Of a stretch of DNA of 64,000 nucleotides, positions 1 to 11,990 are shown piece after piece. Positions within the stretch are counted from its first letter, which is position 1, and the number at the start of each line of letters is the position of its first letter. Both the position numbers and the translations under genes were made by a program. The DNA comes from Octopus sinensis (Eukaryota), in the NCBI RefSeq assembly GCF_006345805.1, contig NC_043004.1, positions 78,306,001-78,370,000 of the forward strand, written 5' to 3'. Under the pieces are notes generated by a model. That model was not told where the DNA came from. It did no database searches and worked only from the letters and a program-made list of their open reading frames with translations.

Positions 1-658
1 ATGTGTGTAGAGGGGAGGGGGGGCCAGTATTTTTGATGGCATGAGGAATATGGAAGGATGCGTCTCAATTGGGTCAAAATAAGAAGCACATCTCCTTCCA
101 GATTAATACCTTCCTATGAAATGTTTTACCCTGATTGAGCAGGAATTTCAATGATTGATTTGGAAGCAGGAAGGAGGTCACAATTATTTAGCAAATAAGT
201 GTGACATTTAGTGATAGAGGTTGGCAGACACTAATTGAAGAAGACATTTCAGAATAGCAAATTATTTGCTTCTTGTGCTAATGGTTCAGTATCTGTGTGT
301 GGTGTGTGTGTGTTGTGTGTGTGTTGGGGTATTGTGAAAACTAAGAGGTGATGCATATATTGAAGTCACTGGTGACTTTACACAATGGGCTTCCTCTCAG
401 TTTTTATCTAACAAATTTCACTCCAAAGACATTAGTCAACACAATGTTATAACAGAAAACACTTGCATAAGGTGCTGTAGAGTGGGATTGAACCCAAACC
501 GCATGGTTGCAAAGCAAACTTCATTACCATGCAGCCATGTCTGCATCAAAGAATATTAGCAATAATAGACTGGTGTCTTTTACAAGACATTTTTTTTTAT
601 TGCTCTTCTGTAGAATGTTATGAAACTGAGTTAAGCATTTTAAAAATAAATAAATAAA

Positions 659-660
<2 letters not shown>

Positions 661-716
<56 letters not shown>
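661..716. repeat. (AG)n microsatellite (one of dozens of di-, tri- and tetranucleotide tracts, e.g. (CA)n 4300-4378, (CTTC)n 7365-7432, (AAT)n 41208-41263, 42415-42458 and 51355-51515)
   Basis: Direct reading. Confidence 0.95.
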
Positions 717-720
<4 letters not shown>

Positions 721-1264
721 TAGAGGGTTTTTATAGACATTTACATTTTGAAAAAATGGTAAAACACTGTGTGTCTAATTCCATTTTATATAGAAAATCT
801 TAGCAGTTAATTCAATAATAATAGGATTTATTGTGTTATTTCTCAGTAAAACTTGAATCAAAGTTGGCAGTTTGCTATTTTAGTCATTAGTATTGTATAT
901 AATATTTATATATAGAGAGTGTTACATATCCTGTTACCTAATTTGAGAAAGTAGGAATGGCAACGGCAGCGGCAAGTGTTCTGTAATGTAAATGGTAATG
1001 TGGTCACCTGGCAAGCAACAGATATGTCTTTCTCTCAGTGGTCTCGTTCTTCTTGACTGTCTTGAATTGGTGCTTGTAATATCTAAAACTTTTTACATTA
1101 AAAATCTTGGCAGCTAAATTCATTCATAAAATGTATTTTTTTTTCAATGTATTTTTGCCTAAATCATCCTTTGCTTATCGTTTAAGATGGGACAAGTACA
1201 TAGTATTAAGGCAACTTCTGCAGTAAATACCACAGGAAGAATTTTTTTGTTAGTATAAAGCACA

Positions 1265-1665
1265 AATGTGGCTGTATGGTTAGGAAGCTTGTTTCCCAAC
1301 CATGAGGTTACAGGTTCTGTCCCACTATGTGGTGCCTTATTTAACTGTCTTCTATTATAGCTCCAGGCCAACCAAAGCTTTGTGAGTGGATTTAGTAGAT
1401 GAAAATTGAAAGAAGCTTGTCGTATGAATGTGTGTGTGTGTGTGTAGATATCATTTGATGTCATAAAGGAGTGTCACCATCATACAAGTGATGTTCTTTG
1501 TTTCTAGTCTTCCATGAAATGCATGTCTGGTCATAGAAAAATATTACTTCTGCTTGAAAACAAGGGAAGGTTAGCAACAGGAAGAGCATCTTGCCATAGA
1601 GAATCTGCCTCAACAAATTGTGTCTGACACCTGCAAACATGGAAAAGTGAACTTTAAAATAATGA
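1265..1665 (+). mobile_element. SINE with the family A head/core but an RTE-type tail (family A')
   Basis: The family A head and core are followed, after the (TG)n tract, by ttgatgtcata...aggaagagcatc...catggaaaagtg...aataatgataat. Same layout at 35810-36200 (-), 60020-60440 (+) and 5585-5820 (+, partial). Confidence 0.75.
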
Positions 1666-1744
1666 TAATTAAAAGATGTGAGGTATATTTTTTGAGGATA
1701 TTTGCATGAAAACGTAGGATAGCATTATCATATCAATACCTTTC

Positions 1745-2075
1745 ATCTGGTTTCAGGCATTAGACTGTGGCCATGCTGGGGCACCACCTTGAGGAATTTT
1801 TGTCAAACAAACTAACCCCAGTACCTATTAAATTTTAAGCCTTTTGCTGAGCTGTTAAGTTGTGGGGACGTAAACATGCCAACACTGGTTGTCAAGTGGT
1901 TGTGGGACACACACAAGCTTCTTTCAGATTCCATCTACCAATTCCATTCACAAGGCTTTGGTGTGGGCCTGAGGCTGTGGTAGAAGACATTTGCCCAAGG
2001 TGCCACACAGTGAGACTGAACCTAGAACCATGCAGTTGGGAAGCATACTTCTTACCGCACAGCCATGCCCGTTGC
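1745..2075 (-). mobile_element. SINE family A
   Basis: Reverse complement of the family A head, core and tail. Confidence 0.8.
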
Positions 2076-2765
2076 CTATATACAAATAGAAGGTTATTGA
2101 GTTACTATTTGTATTTTTTCATCAAATAAAAACATTTCTAATGTTAATATTTTGTACAAATAATTCTGTTTTTATTGAGAGAAAATATATTTTGTTGATT
2201 CTTGTTTTGCGACAATGCTTCTTAGAATAATGTCGACAATTTATTCCTTTCTTTACACTGCAATGGTTGCAGTCTTCTAGGTTTTCTTTAAGAAATTGAT
2301 CTCTAATTTTATAAGTTTTCTATAAGAAAACTGATCTGTTGAAGCAAAGCCATTTGTCAGCTTTTAATTAAATTTTCTTTCTTTTTTTTTTTGTAGTGTA
2401 TGAAAAATTGAAGATTTGTCCTTTAAAATAAATATGCTGATTCAGAACACACAATTGATGTGTATTTTCAAAAGAAAACTAATTAAATTTCCAAACAACA
2501 TAAGATTTAAATGAGTTGTATTTAGTTTAGTTGTAATATTTTTCCTGGAGCTTGCAGAGATTCCTTGTCGGATGCTAAATTTAGAAATCCATTCCCATCT
2601 CCTGTGTCTGCTGGCTAATCCTTTTATTTTATCACCAATGTCGTTTCCTTTAATTGTGGAAAAGCTATTTGAAAGATTGCTACTTTTAATATTTAAAAAA
2701 AATTTTAATCTCAAGATCTGCAAATAAAACTACAATGATGCCAGCCTCCCTATGTGGTACATTGG

Positions 2766-2918
2766 TGACGTCATAAATTCCGAATTCCTTTAGCTGAAGG
2801 ATTATTTCTGAAAACGGTTAAGCCGTTACATTTTAGGTGTACAGAAATAGAATAGATATTTTGTTTTCATCAAGAAATATGTCTCTATTTTTCTTTTGCG
2901 TCTTTTTATCTGCTGAAG
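2766..2918 (+). promoter_or_regulatory. Candidate promoter or non-coding 5' exon of the SARA gene, with a perfect CRE palindrome
   Basis: TGACGTCA at 2766-2773; 4 CpGs within about 60 bp in an otherwise CpG-poor, repeat-free patch; donor AAG|GTAATT at 2919. Exon 9511 has an acceptor, so an upstream exon must exist here or outside the window. Confidence 0.3.
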
Positions 2919-3139
2919 GTAATTGGAGAGTTGGCTGTTTGCTAGAGGTGTGTAATTATTAAAGTATTAATTAGTTGTATCAACAGACAGAAATGGTGAG
3001 ACATGTAGACAACTATAGACATGTAGCAGATAATTATAGAACAGAAATATAAATAATTTGACAGCAGAAATCCATATTGCTGACATGAGGACAAATTAGA
3101 ACAAATATTTCAGATGTGTCCAAGCTCAGCCATAGAGAA

Positions 3140-3518
3140 ATAGCTACCATTTTGTTACCATATTTCTGTTGAATGCACTGCCTTTATTTCAATAAATTTT
3201 TAAAAAAATGAAGAATTTGGTACAATCTATTTGTCATTATTAAGCTAGTGTTTGGACCATAAACTGATATGAGATTTTGGTGGAAGGTTTTAATTTAGAT
3301 TACTCTAACCATTGTGTTACCATATTTCTGTTGAAACAACTGGCTTTATTTCAATAAATTTTGAAAATAACGAACAGTTTAGTAAAGTTATTAAACTGAT
3401 TGGAATGTGAATTAACATGAAATTTCAATGGAAAGTTTTAATTAAGATCCTTTAAAACAAGAAGTTTGTATCATAGAATGAGGGTCTGTTTCGGGTGGGT
3501 TCGTATCAAAAGGGTTAA
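3140..3518 (-). mobile_element. Same TTAA-MITE family, with an internal ~165-bp tandem duplication
   Basis: tgttaccatatttctgttgaa...ctttatttcaataaatttt occurs at about 3153 and 3315; ends aaagggTTAA at 3518. Confidence 0.7.
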
Positions 3519-3752
3519 AATATCGAAAAAATATTCCATAGATCTGCCTCCGATGAGATTAAAGCTATAGCTTTATAATCCACTTAAAAGTTCATCCCAG
3601 AAAATGGAAGATAATATTAGAACCATTGTTTTTGATCTGTTGCCCCATTCTACTGGCTGTTTCACCATTTATGGGGTTCTGTCACTGCTTTTTACATATC
3701 AGGCATTCTTGTGTGTCTTTTGAATGATTGTCACACTTTTTTGTCATTAATT

Positions 3753-3785
<33 letters not shown>

Positions 3786-4333
3786 ATGCACCTGTGTCTA
3801 TGCATGCATGTGTGTAAATGTGTGTCTGTGTGTACTAGTGTGTGTGTGTGTGTGTGTCAACATGTATAAATTATATGTGTGTGTAACAGCAAGTAAGTGT
3901 GACAGCCTTTGAAAATGAGAGACAAGAATGCCTGGTATGTAAAAGTGGTGACAGAATTATGTTAATGGTGAAATAACCAGTAGAATGGTGCAACAGATCC
4001 AAAGAAATCTTTTACTATTATCTACTTAGAATTCCATTCTAGAAAATGAAGTCTAAACAGATGATAAATAATTTGCCAACACAGTATACTTGTTTCAAAG
4101 GAGAACAAAGACTCTATTCTGATGTACAGAAGAAGCAAAAATATTACATAATATATATTATTATTAATATTATAAATATATATAATATATTATGTTGTAT
4201 TATATCGTATGAATTGTACATGCAATGTTTGCATTCATTGTGTGTGTGTGTTTTCTGGGTTATTCCGTCTTTATTATCCCCATGTGCCGCATTTTTCACT
4301 GCACACACACATGCACGCACGCACACACACACA

Positions 4334-4377
<44 letters not shown>

Positions 4378-5137
4378 CTGTTTGTGTTGGTTACCATTGA
4401 GGGGGACTTCAGGTGTTCTTGGCTCCTGTGGTGCTAATTCCCTCTGCAAAATTGGGATAACTGCAGTCCATCCAAGAAATGAGTCCTGCGAGGTGGGGGT
4501 GGTGGCTGTTGCAGCAAGTGTCACTGGCCATTCTCTGTGGCAACATCTTTGCCATTTTGTCCATGAGGCATGGCTGAACACACCATTTGGTCTGAAGTGT
4601 ACAACCTGTTACACCCCCCACCATCTTTTTTCTTTTGCTGTTTAATCCCCCCCCCCTTTTTTTTTCTTAGTTTCCTCGATGAGGCAGCTCTGGATGTCTT
4701 GATAATTTGGTCTTTTATACTTTTAATGTTTCTTTCTAGATGTAAAATGATGATGGTGACATACATACTTACATGCGTATGCATGCATGTGTGTGCATAG
4801 TGTCTTTGTAACTTGAAGTTAAACAGGCTGCCATTTGTGCAGTAACAAATGTAAAGATTTTGCTCCTCACCAGAGTCTTTTATGATCCTTATGGGCATCA
4901 TAAGCAAATGGTGAAGAGAAATAGTGAAGAGTATTGGCATGTTAATGCAGCCTTAACTCGCACCATATTATCTTGGGTTCCAAGGGTTCATTTTTGTATC
5001 TGGACTCGTTTGTGTATGTAGTTGAATGATATAGCTGAGGAATTTTGAGAAACCTCTTAGTCTTTCCATGATGTTGTCAGAACATTTCTGCTCAGTGTTG
5101 AACAAATATGTGGTGTTCCTATCGGCTCATTCAAGAG

Positions 5138-5580
5138 GTAGCATTTGTTGCCAACACAGAACCAATTCTTCAGCATTTAACATCTTGCTGTGGAATTCTT
5201 TAGAAGAGAAGTCAGCTTGAAGACAGATGTTTTCTGTTAGTCCGCACCCCTGCAAGGTTATCATCCACCCTGTATCACTGTTGGTGGGACAGAGGTGAAG
5301 ACAGTCTGCAAGTTTAGGTGATGGGGTTGACCATCTTGCTAAAGCGTAACATTGACATAGAGGTTGGCAATGGGCTGGCAAAGGTAAACAGTGCATTTTG
5401 CAGGTTGTGTAAAAGAGTCTGAAATAGCATATTCTCAAGGTAAGGTTCAAAAACAGGTTGTACAGAACCCTTGTACTGACCATCCTCCTGTATAGCTCCA
5501 AGTTGTGGATCGCCTACCCACCTACAACTCTTTGAGCATTCCCACCAACTACTTCTGCACCATCGTCAACATTTGGTGGA
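5138..5580 (+). mobile_element. Decayed BovB-like RTE LINE fragment (late RT and thumb region)
   Basis: Manual translation across frameshifts gives VAFVANTEPILQHLTSC...VSLKTDVF*SAPLQGYHPPCITVGGTEVKTVCKF...IDIEVGNGLAKVNSAFCRLCKRV*...LYRTLVLTILLYSSKLW...HLQLFEHSHQ. This parallels the RTE-BovB pattern ALVAHTESALQ...SLKKTEV..QPAP...HPP.I.IG.TELK.V..F.YLG...ID.EV.NRLAKA.SAFGRL..RVW. Confidence 0.8.
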
Positions 5581-6659
5581 CAGAAACTGGAGGAAAGCCT
5601 GTCGTATGTGTGTGCCTGTGTGTGTGCTTATGTGCACCCTTATCTTGACATCATGTGATGGTTGTAAGCCAGTCTTCCATGGAACATGTCTAGCCATGAG
5701 TAAATATTATCTTGCTTGGAGACTGGTAAGGGTTGGTGGCAGGAAGGGCATCCAGCCACAGAAAACAAATTTCATCTGACATGCAAGCATGAAAAAGTGG
5801 GTGTTGATGATGATGATGATGATTTATCTGCAGTTTTTCTTGCCAGTGGCATGATTTTTGTTTGTTTGTTTGTTTTTAAAGAAATCAAATAAAAGATGAT
5901 GATGACTGATGTAGTTTAAAATATACTTCAGTTTCATTCCCTAAAATAAACCTGAGAATAAGTACAAGCAGGGTCACCGCTTGTTCTATTTTCAGTCGAG
6001 GAAGAAAACTCTTGTTTATTAATTAGTCCTTCTAATTCATTCAGATGTCTCTTCAGTTATTATTATTATTATTATTATCTTCCATTTCTGTACTTAACAA
6101 CTTAAGTACTTTGCCCGTTTGTTTTTGTTGAAAATTAACTTCATTTTCAACTCTTGTACTCTTATCATATTCTGTTTGTTTTTAATGTCCTTGTCACAAT
6201 TTTTGAGTATCAAAATTTCACAGTTTACTGTGATTGCTTATGAGATATTTCTTGGTTTTGAATTACTTATTAAGATTATCTCTACAAAACAAAAATAAAT
6301 AAATAAGTAGCTAAAATAGTCTTTTGAATAAATTCAGAGGATTTTGAAACTTAGGAAAATCTTTAATTTATCACTAATTGAGATTAAAACTATGTTTACG
6401 GGTTTGCCTAAAATGTAATTGTTTTTCCTAGTGAACAGTATGCAAAGGATTTGCCCTTTAATTTTCCTTTCATTAATGTAAGAATTTGTTTTTATTAATA
6501 ATTATAGTCTCTATGAAATGACTAATTAACAATGGCCAGAAATTATGTCAGATGGCAGAGGCTCTAGTTTCTGTGATTATATTATAAAGGTCAGTTAGGA
6601 AGCTATGTTCTCTCCAGTGATAAATCTGTCTGTCTGTATGTATGTATGTATGTATGTCA

Positions 6660-7345
6660 TTCAGTTTATTTCAAGATTTCTTGCCAATAGAGAAAGAACC
6701 AATTTCTAACCTAGATCCAAGATTCCTTCATTGGAATTTCAACATCAACAACAGGGTATTTTTGTTTGCATAGAGTTGCATATCTAGACATGCTCATGTA
6801 TATTTAAACGATAAACTTCTGGGAAGTTTTACAGATTTTAACAGTTCCACTGATGGATTGGATCTGTAGATTTCGAATTAGCTTTCTCCTTTCTGGTGTT
6901 GAGAAGCATAATTTATCAAGATTGGTATTTAGGTAGTGTGTTACATATCTCAGGGCCCCAATAATTACAGGTATAAACTTGAACTGGATAGAGTAACTGC
7001 AGATATCTCAAAAGTTCAGCATAGGTGTTCTCTTTTTCACTGATCTTCTGGTTTATGTTAACATCCGCTGGGCAGCTAATGTCCACAACTGTGCACAGTT
7101 TCTCTTCTCTATCCCAAATCATTCTATTAGGTCTGTTGTGCTTACATTTTATTGAGGTCTTCGCTGGGACATTCCACCAGTATTCCTTTTTATTATGAGT
7201 GGTTATGGCTTCTACCACATTATGGGTTCTTATTTCTTTGTCCTTGCGATTATGCTTCTGATGGATTTCATTATAGAGTGTTCTAGCTGCAACGTCATGT
7301 CTCATCAGTAGATAATACCGTGATGACATTTTCGAACAACTGCAT
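6660..7345 (-). mobile_element. 5'-truncated R4/Dong/Rex6-type LINE 3' end with a restriction-like endonuclease (RLE) domain
   Basis: ORF 6916-7359 reads C..M...Y..RHDVAA (end of the CCHC knuckle), then WWN...KHNRP(N)...VVDISCPAD.N...K..EK..Y..L (PD-(D/E)xK RLE, with the catalytic D changed to N). After frameshifts it continues FIPVIIGAL...LQIQSISGTVKICKT..KFIV* (stop at 6804-6806), then a 3' UTR with AATAAA (6665-6670) and an (ATAC)n tail. Confidence 0.85.
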
Positions 7346-7573
7346 ATGCATGCATGCATGCATCCTTCCTTCCTTCCTTCCCTCTCTTTCTCTCTCCCTC
7401 CCTTCCTTTTCTTCCTTCCTTCCTTCCTTCCTTTTACTCATATTGTGGGCTGTCCACAGAATTTGGGAATTATTTTACATCCTTTAAATGAGTTATTCTA
7501 ATATTCTATTACATTTATTCCATTGTTCTCTCTACACAGACAAAATACAGATTCTGATGTTCCTACTTTATCA

Positions 7574-7614
<41 letters not shown>

Positions 7615-8129
7615 CATATCACACTAACACTTGTGCCATCATCAGCATCATCCTCACCAGCATTGTTTTGTGTGTGATTTTTCCCCATGCTGTCATGGGA
7701 TGGACAGGTTTTACAGCACCTCGCATCTCTATACAGTCCTCTGTCATCTGATCTACACAGCAACAGAGAAAGCACAGCCACCTCTGCCATTGTTGTAGAT
7801 GTTGTGTTTTATGGTGGGTGAAGGGTGCAAGACATGGGGTGGGTGGGTGGTGGTGGTGGTTTGTCACTGGATACCCTTCCTGTCACCAACCAGTTTACAG
7901 TATTTACTGGGTGCCATATTATCAATGTCACTGGCACCAGCAGAGATTGTCTCCAGTTGAACTAAGAGTTCCTGTGTTAATTATTACTCGTGGTTACTGC
8001 CCCCCCCCACACAAATTGCTGACATTACAATCAGTGAAACATTGAAACATTTTCATTGCTGACGTAGCGAGAATTTACTAACATTTACTAATTTTATCTT
8101 TTACAAAACTAGCACAAATGGACATTATT

Positions 8130-8420
8130 TACATTTGATGGCTCTATTGCTGAACCGCTAAGTTACGAGAATGTAAACACACCAACAACAGTTGTCAAGT
8201 GATGGTGGGGAGGACAAACACAGAACACACAGACACACACACATATATACATATGATGGGCTTCTTTCAGTTTCTGCCAACCAAATCCACTCAAGGCTTT
8301 GCTCAGCCTGAAGCTGTAGTAGTAGAAGACACTTGCCTAAGGTGTCACAGAGTGGGACTGAACCCAGAACCATGTGGTTGGGAAGCAAGCTTCTTACCAC
8401 AAAGCCACACCTCTGCCTAT
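8130..8420 (-). mobile_element. SINE family A (partial)
   Basis: Reverse complement of head, core and part of the tail. Confidence 0.8.
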
Positions 8421-8729
8421 ATATATATATATATATATATGCATGATTTAAAATACTTTTATTAAAGTAAGCAAAACAATTTTAATTGCAAATATTTAAA
8501 CTTTTATTACTATTTTCTTGGCAAAATTGCCCGTGTGTTGGAGTTGGGCAAACTGCATGGTAGTTTTTCTTCCAGTTCTTTACTTTTGGAGTTCAAATCT
8601 CACCGTGGCCAATTCTGCCTTTTATCCTTTCAGGGCTAATAAAATAAAGTACCGATCAAGTACTAGGGTCGATGTAATTGACTTATTCTTCTCTCTCAGA
8701 TTTCAGGTCTTGTTCCAATGTTGTTTTTT

Positions 8730-9100
8730 ATCTTTTACTTGTTTCAGACATTAGGCTGTGGCCATGCTAGGGCACTGCCTTGAAGAATTTTTAGTTGAAT
8801 GAATCGGCCCCACTACTTATTTTTAAGCCAAGTATTTATTATACCAAACTCTTTTGCTGAACTGCTAGGTTACAGGGACCCGAACACACCAATACCAGTT
8901 GTCATATAGTTGGAGGACAAACACACACACATCGTATAACAATAGACTTCTTTCAGCTTCCGTCTGCCAAATCCACTCCCAGGGTTTTGGTCAGCCTGAA
9001 GCTATATAGTAGAAGATACTCACAGTGCCATGCAGTGGGACTGAACCTAAAACCATGCAGTTGGGAAGCAAACTTATTATCGCACAGCCACATCTGTGCC
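8730..9100 (-). mobile_element. SINE family A
   Basis: Reverse complement of family A. Confidence 0.8.
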
Positions 9101-9528
9101 TTTATGTTGAACACAAATACACCCCTACACCTATTGGAAAGAATTATTATTATAAATATTAAGTTTCTTTTTAAATTTAGAGAAAAGCACAACATTATTT
9201 CTTATTTATTCTGGTTGAAAGGAAGAGATCATTTTAAATGTAATTTCCAGCTGTCAACTTGAGGTCAGCTAGAGTCTTTGATTTGAAAGTCTGATTTAAT
9301 GAGATGTATTAATTATTGATTGATAAACTTTTAACCAGTTTTATAGCTCTATTGTTTTGACTGTGATAATAACAGAGGCCTAGTTTTAGTCAGCTTAAAA
9401 AAGTCCAGCCGAGGCTAATCATTGTAAACAGAAATGCTGACATTTTTCTGCTTGTCAAAATACCATTGAATGCTTTGAAGTAAAATCGTTTTGCCTTTTT
9501 GTTATTTCAGATCATACCAGCATCTAAG

Positions 9529-9580
9529 ATGGATATCGTTGATCTGGATAAAGTTTTAGATGACTTTGAAGAAGATGAAG
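9529..9580 (+). CDS. ZFYVE9: First coding exon of the SARA/endofin (ZFYVE9/ZFYVE16-family) orthologue; encodes MDIVDLDKVLDDFEEDE plus 1 nt. The whole exon is 9511-9580, with 18 nt of presumed 5' UTR.
   Basis: Acceptor ttttgttatttcAG ends at 9510. The ATG at 9529 has a strong Kozak context (A at -3, G at +4). The donor is AAG|GTAATT at 9581. The peptide matches the family N-terminal motif LDKxLDxFE (human ZFYVE9 NLDKVLDEFEQNE, ZFYVE16 DLDKLLDDFEQ, from memory). The phase-1 end is exactly in frame with the large exon at 44884. Confidence 0.85.
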
Positions 9581-9759
9581 GTAATTGAGTTTGAATTTTG
9601 TTGTCTACTCCCTTTTCCTTACATTGACTCATTAATATTTTTAATTAGACATCATTAGTTTTTGGTTGTAATTTATTTTCTATCTTGTACAAGTTTCAGT
9701 CTTAGGACAGTGACTAAATTCTTCAAAGCAGTGCCCAATCATGACCAAACAAATTGACC

Positions 9760-10050
9760 CCAGTTCTTATTTTTGTAAGCCTGGTATTCTATCAATCTCT
9801 TTTGCTAGACTGTGAAGTTACGGGGACGTTAACAAACCAACACCAGTTGTCAAGTAGTAATGGGGGACAAACACAAAGACATACATACACATATAATGGG
9901 CTTCTTTCAGTTTCTGTCAACCAAATCCACTCACAAGGCTTTGACCGGCCTAGGGCAATAGACACTTGCCGAAGATGCTGCACAGTGAGATTGAACCTGA
10001 AACCACATGGCTGGAAAGCAACCTCCTTATCCACACGGCCACACTTACAC
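9760..10050 (-). mobile_element. SINE family A (partial)
   Basis: Reverse complement of family A. Confidence 0.78.
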
Positions 10051-10469
10051 ATCTGTCAGGTTTATGTTTAAGTCTGTTACTGATTCTTTCAAAATGTTAT
10101 GATTTACAGATTTTACAAAATAATATCAGGTCAGCTCTTATAAGTTCCTTAACGAGTTTTTTTTAATTAGAAAAAACTTTACATTAGTGTTTAGTCAGAG
10201 AAGGAAAAGAAGCATCTCATAGTGTTCAGGCCTGGTGGATGGAAGTTTTTTCTTAGACTGGAGACTTGACTCAAATGCTTGCTAAAAAATGGACCTTGAT
10301 AGAGGTATCCAAGGGCCAGATGATGGTGTTAAGCAGGATTACAGATTATCTATCTATATCTGATAAAACCAGCTCACTACGTTGCAAAATAAGCATGTGT
10401 TTCTTATGAGTTTGTTTGATAATTGCTTGGCAAAAAAGAAAATTCCTTAGCTTCTTTAAGATATATATA

Positions 10470-10613
10470 CATCTGTCTGTCTGTCCGTCTGTCCATCTCT
10501 CTATCTATATCTATCTAGATATCTCTGTCTCTCTCTATCTATCTATCTATGTCTGTCTATCTATCTATGTCTGTCTGTCTATCTATCTATGTCTGTCTGT
10601 CTATCTATCTATG

Positions 10614-10662
<49 letters not shown>

Positions 10663-10980
10663 GTCTGTCTGTCTATCTATGTCTGTCAATCTATGTCTGT
10701 CTGTCTGTCTATCTATGTCTGTCAATCTATGTCTGTCTGTCTGTCTATCTATGTCTGTCAATCTATGTCTGTCTGTCAGTCTATCTATGTCTGTCAATCT
10801 ATCTATGTCTGTCTGTCTATTTATGTCTGTCTGTCTATCTATGTCTGTCTGTCTCTCTATCTGTCTATGTCTATCTGTTTATGTCTGTCTGTCTGTCTAT
10901 TTCTGTCTGTCTGTCTGCCTGTCTATCTATCTATGTCGGTCTGACTGTCTGTCTATGTCCATCTGTCTGTCTAGAGAGTA
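10470..10980. repeat. Compound (TCTA)/(TCTG) tetranucleotide tract with a 36-bp higher-order unit
   Basis: gtctgtcaatctatgtctgtctgtctgtctatctat repeats from 10681; this tract explains ORFs 10416, 10549 and 10589. Confidence 0.92.
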
Positions 10981-11199
10981 AGAGAGAGAGAGAGAGGTTA
11001 AGGTTCTTTTGTAAATTAATGTTTCTTAAGATTATCATTGATTAGTCATCACATGACATTCCTTTCATTGAACTTTTCATCTCTCCAACTGGATTATTGA
11101 AAGGAGACAAAAAGATCTGTTTTTTGTTTTATTTTTCGAAATCAGTTACACAGATTTAGTTTCTGTAATGCTTGCTGGTATTTAAACTGTGTGTGTGAA

Positions 11200-11489
11200 G
11201 GCACGTGGCCTAGTGGTTAGTGTTGCACTCAGGATTGCTAGATGATGGGTTCAAGTCTTGGAGTGAGTGACATGTTGTGTTCTTGAGCAAGATGCTTCCT
11301 TTCACATTGCTCCAGTCCACTCAGTTGTAAGTGGGTGCACCCTGTGACAAAGTAGCTTTCTGGTCAGATGGGGATGTTGGCCTGCTTGTCTTGCCAGTGG
11401 GGGTGGCATTATTAAAAAGGTGAGACAGTGTAAAGTGTATTGTAACGAGTGATGTATGACAACATCCTATAGTCTGGTTGATCACCTAC

Positions 11490-11490
<1 letters not shown>
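11200..11490 (+). mobile_element. tRNA-head SINE with a Meta/V-like core (family C)
   Basis: TGGCCTAGTGG A box, GGTTCAAGTC B box, core gttgtgttcttgagcaaga...ttgctccagtccactcag..gtaa.tgggtgcac. A second copy with the same tail is at 57176-57415. The core-domain name is from memory. Confidence 0.72.
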
Positions 11491-11521
<31 letters not shown>

Positions 11522-11880
11522 TGGTTGTTCCTGTAAAAATGTAAAATACTTTTTTCTTGTATCTCCTTTTGGTTCAGCTTTCGTCTCCACCACTAAAAGA
11601 ATTTGATTCTTGCTCTGTAAACAGATATTTGATGAAATATGTAAAAAAAGACTTTTAAGAAAATCTGAAAAATTTTGTGTAAGAAGTGTCACTGCAGACG
11701 ACTCCTCTTCATACGACATAAGGAGAGGTTTTTTTCAAGGCTGCAGAGTGAAATTGCTTTCAGCAGTTAATGATAATAATATTTTGAGTGAATGTATCAA
11801 CTTTCCATGTTCAAAGGGTTAAGAGATGTCAGATTTTCATAATTATACTAAAGGCTCCTTCATTACTTTAATTTACCCAC

Positions 11881-11990
11881 TACAGTAATCACTGACCATA
11901 TCGCGGTTCACCTATCACACCCTCAGTACAGCATGGATTCTTCTTGCTAATATATGTAAATTTATATCGCGGGTTTCTGTGGCCGATAGG
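11881..11990 (+). mobile_element. pogo/Tigger-like MITE left end
   Basis: TA|CAGTAATCACTGACCATATCGCGGTTCACCTATC resembles the TA-CAGT Tigger terminus; I did not find a right end. Confidence 0.45.

Noticed and set aside
4046-4645. 199-aa ORF and overlapping ORFs with HTHTHT/CVCVCV runs
   Set aside because: They are products of (CA)n/(TA)n microsatellites; no domain-like sequence or splice support.
10416-11045. 209-aa SIYLSVCL-repeat ORF
   Set aside because: It is the translation of the (TCTA)/(TCTG) tract.
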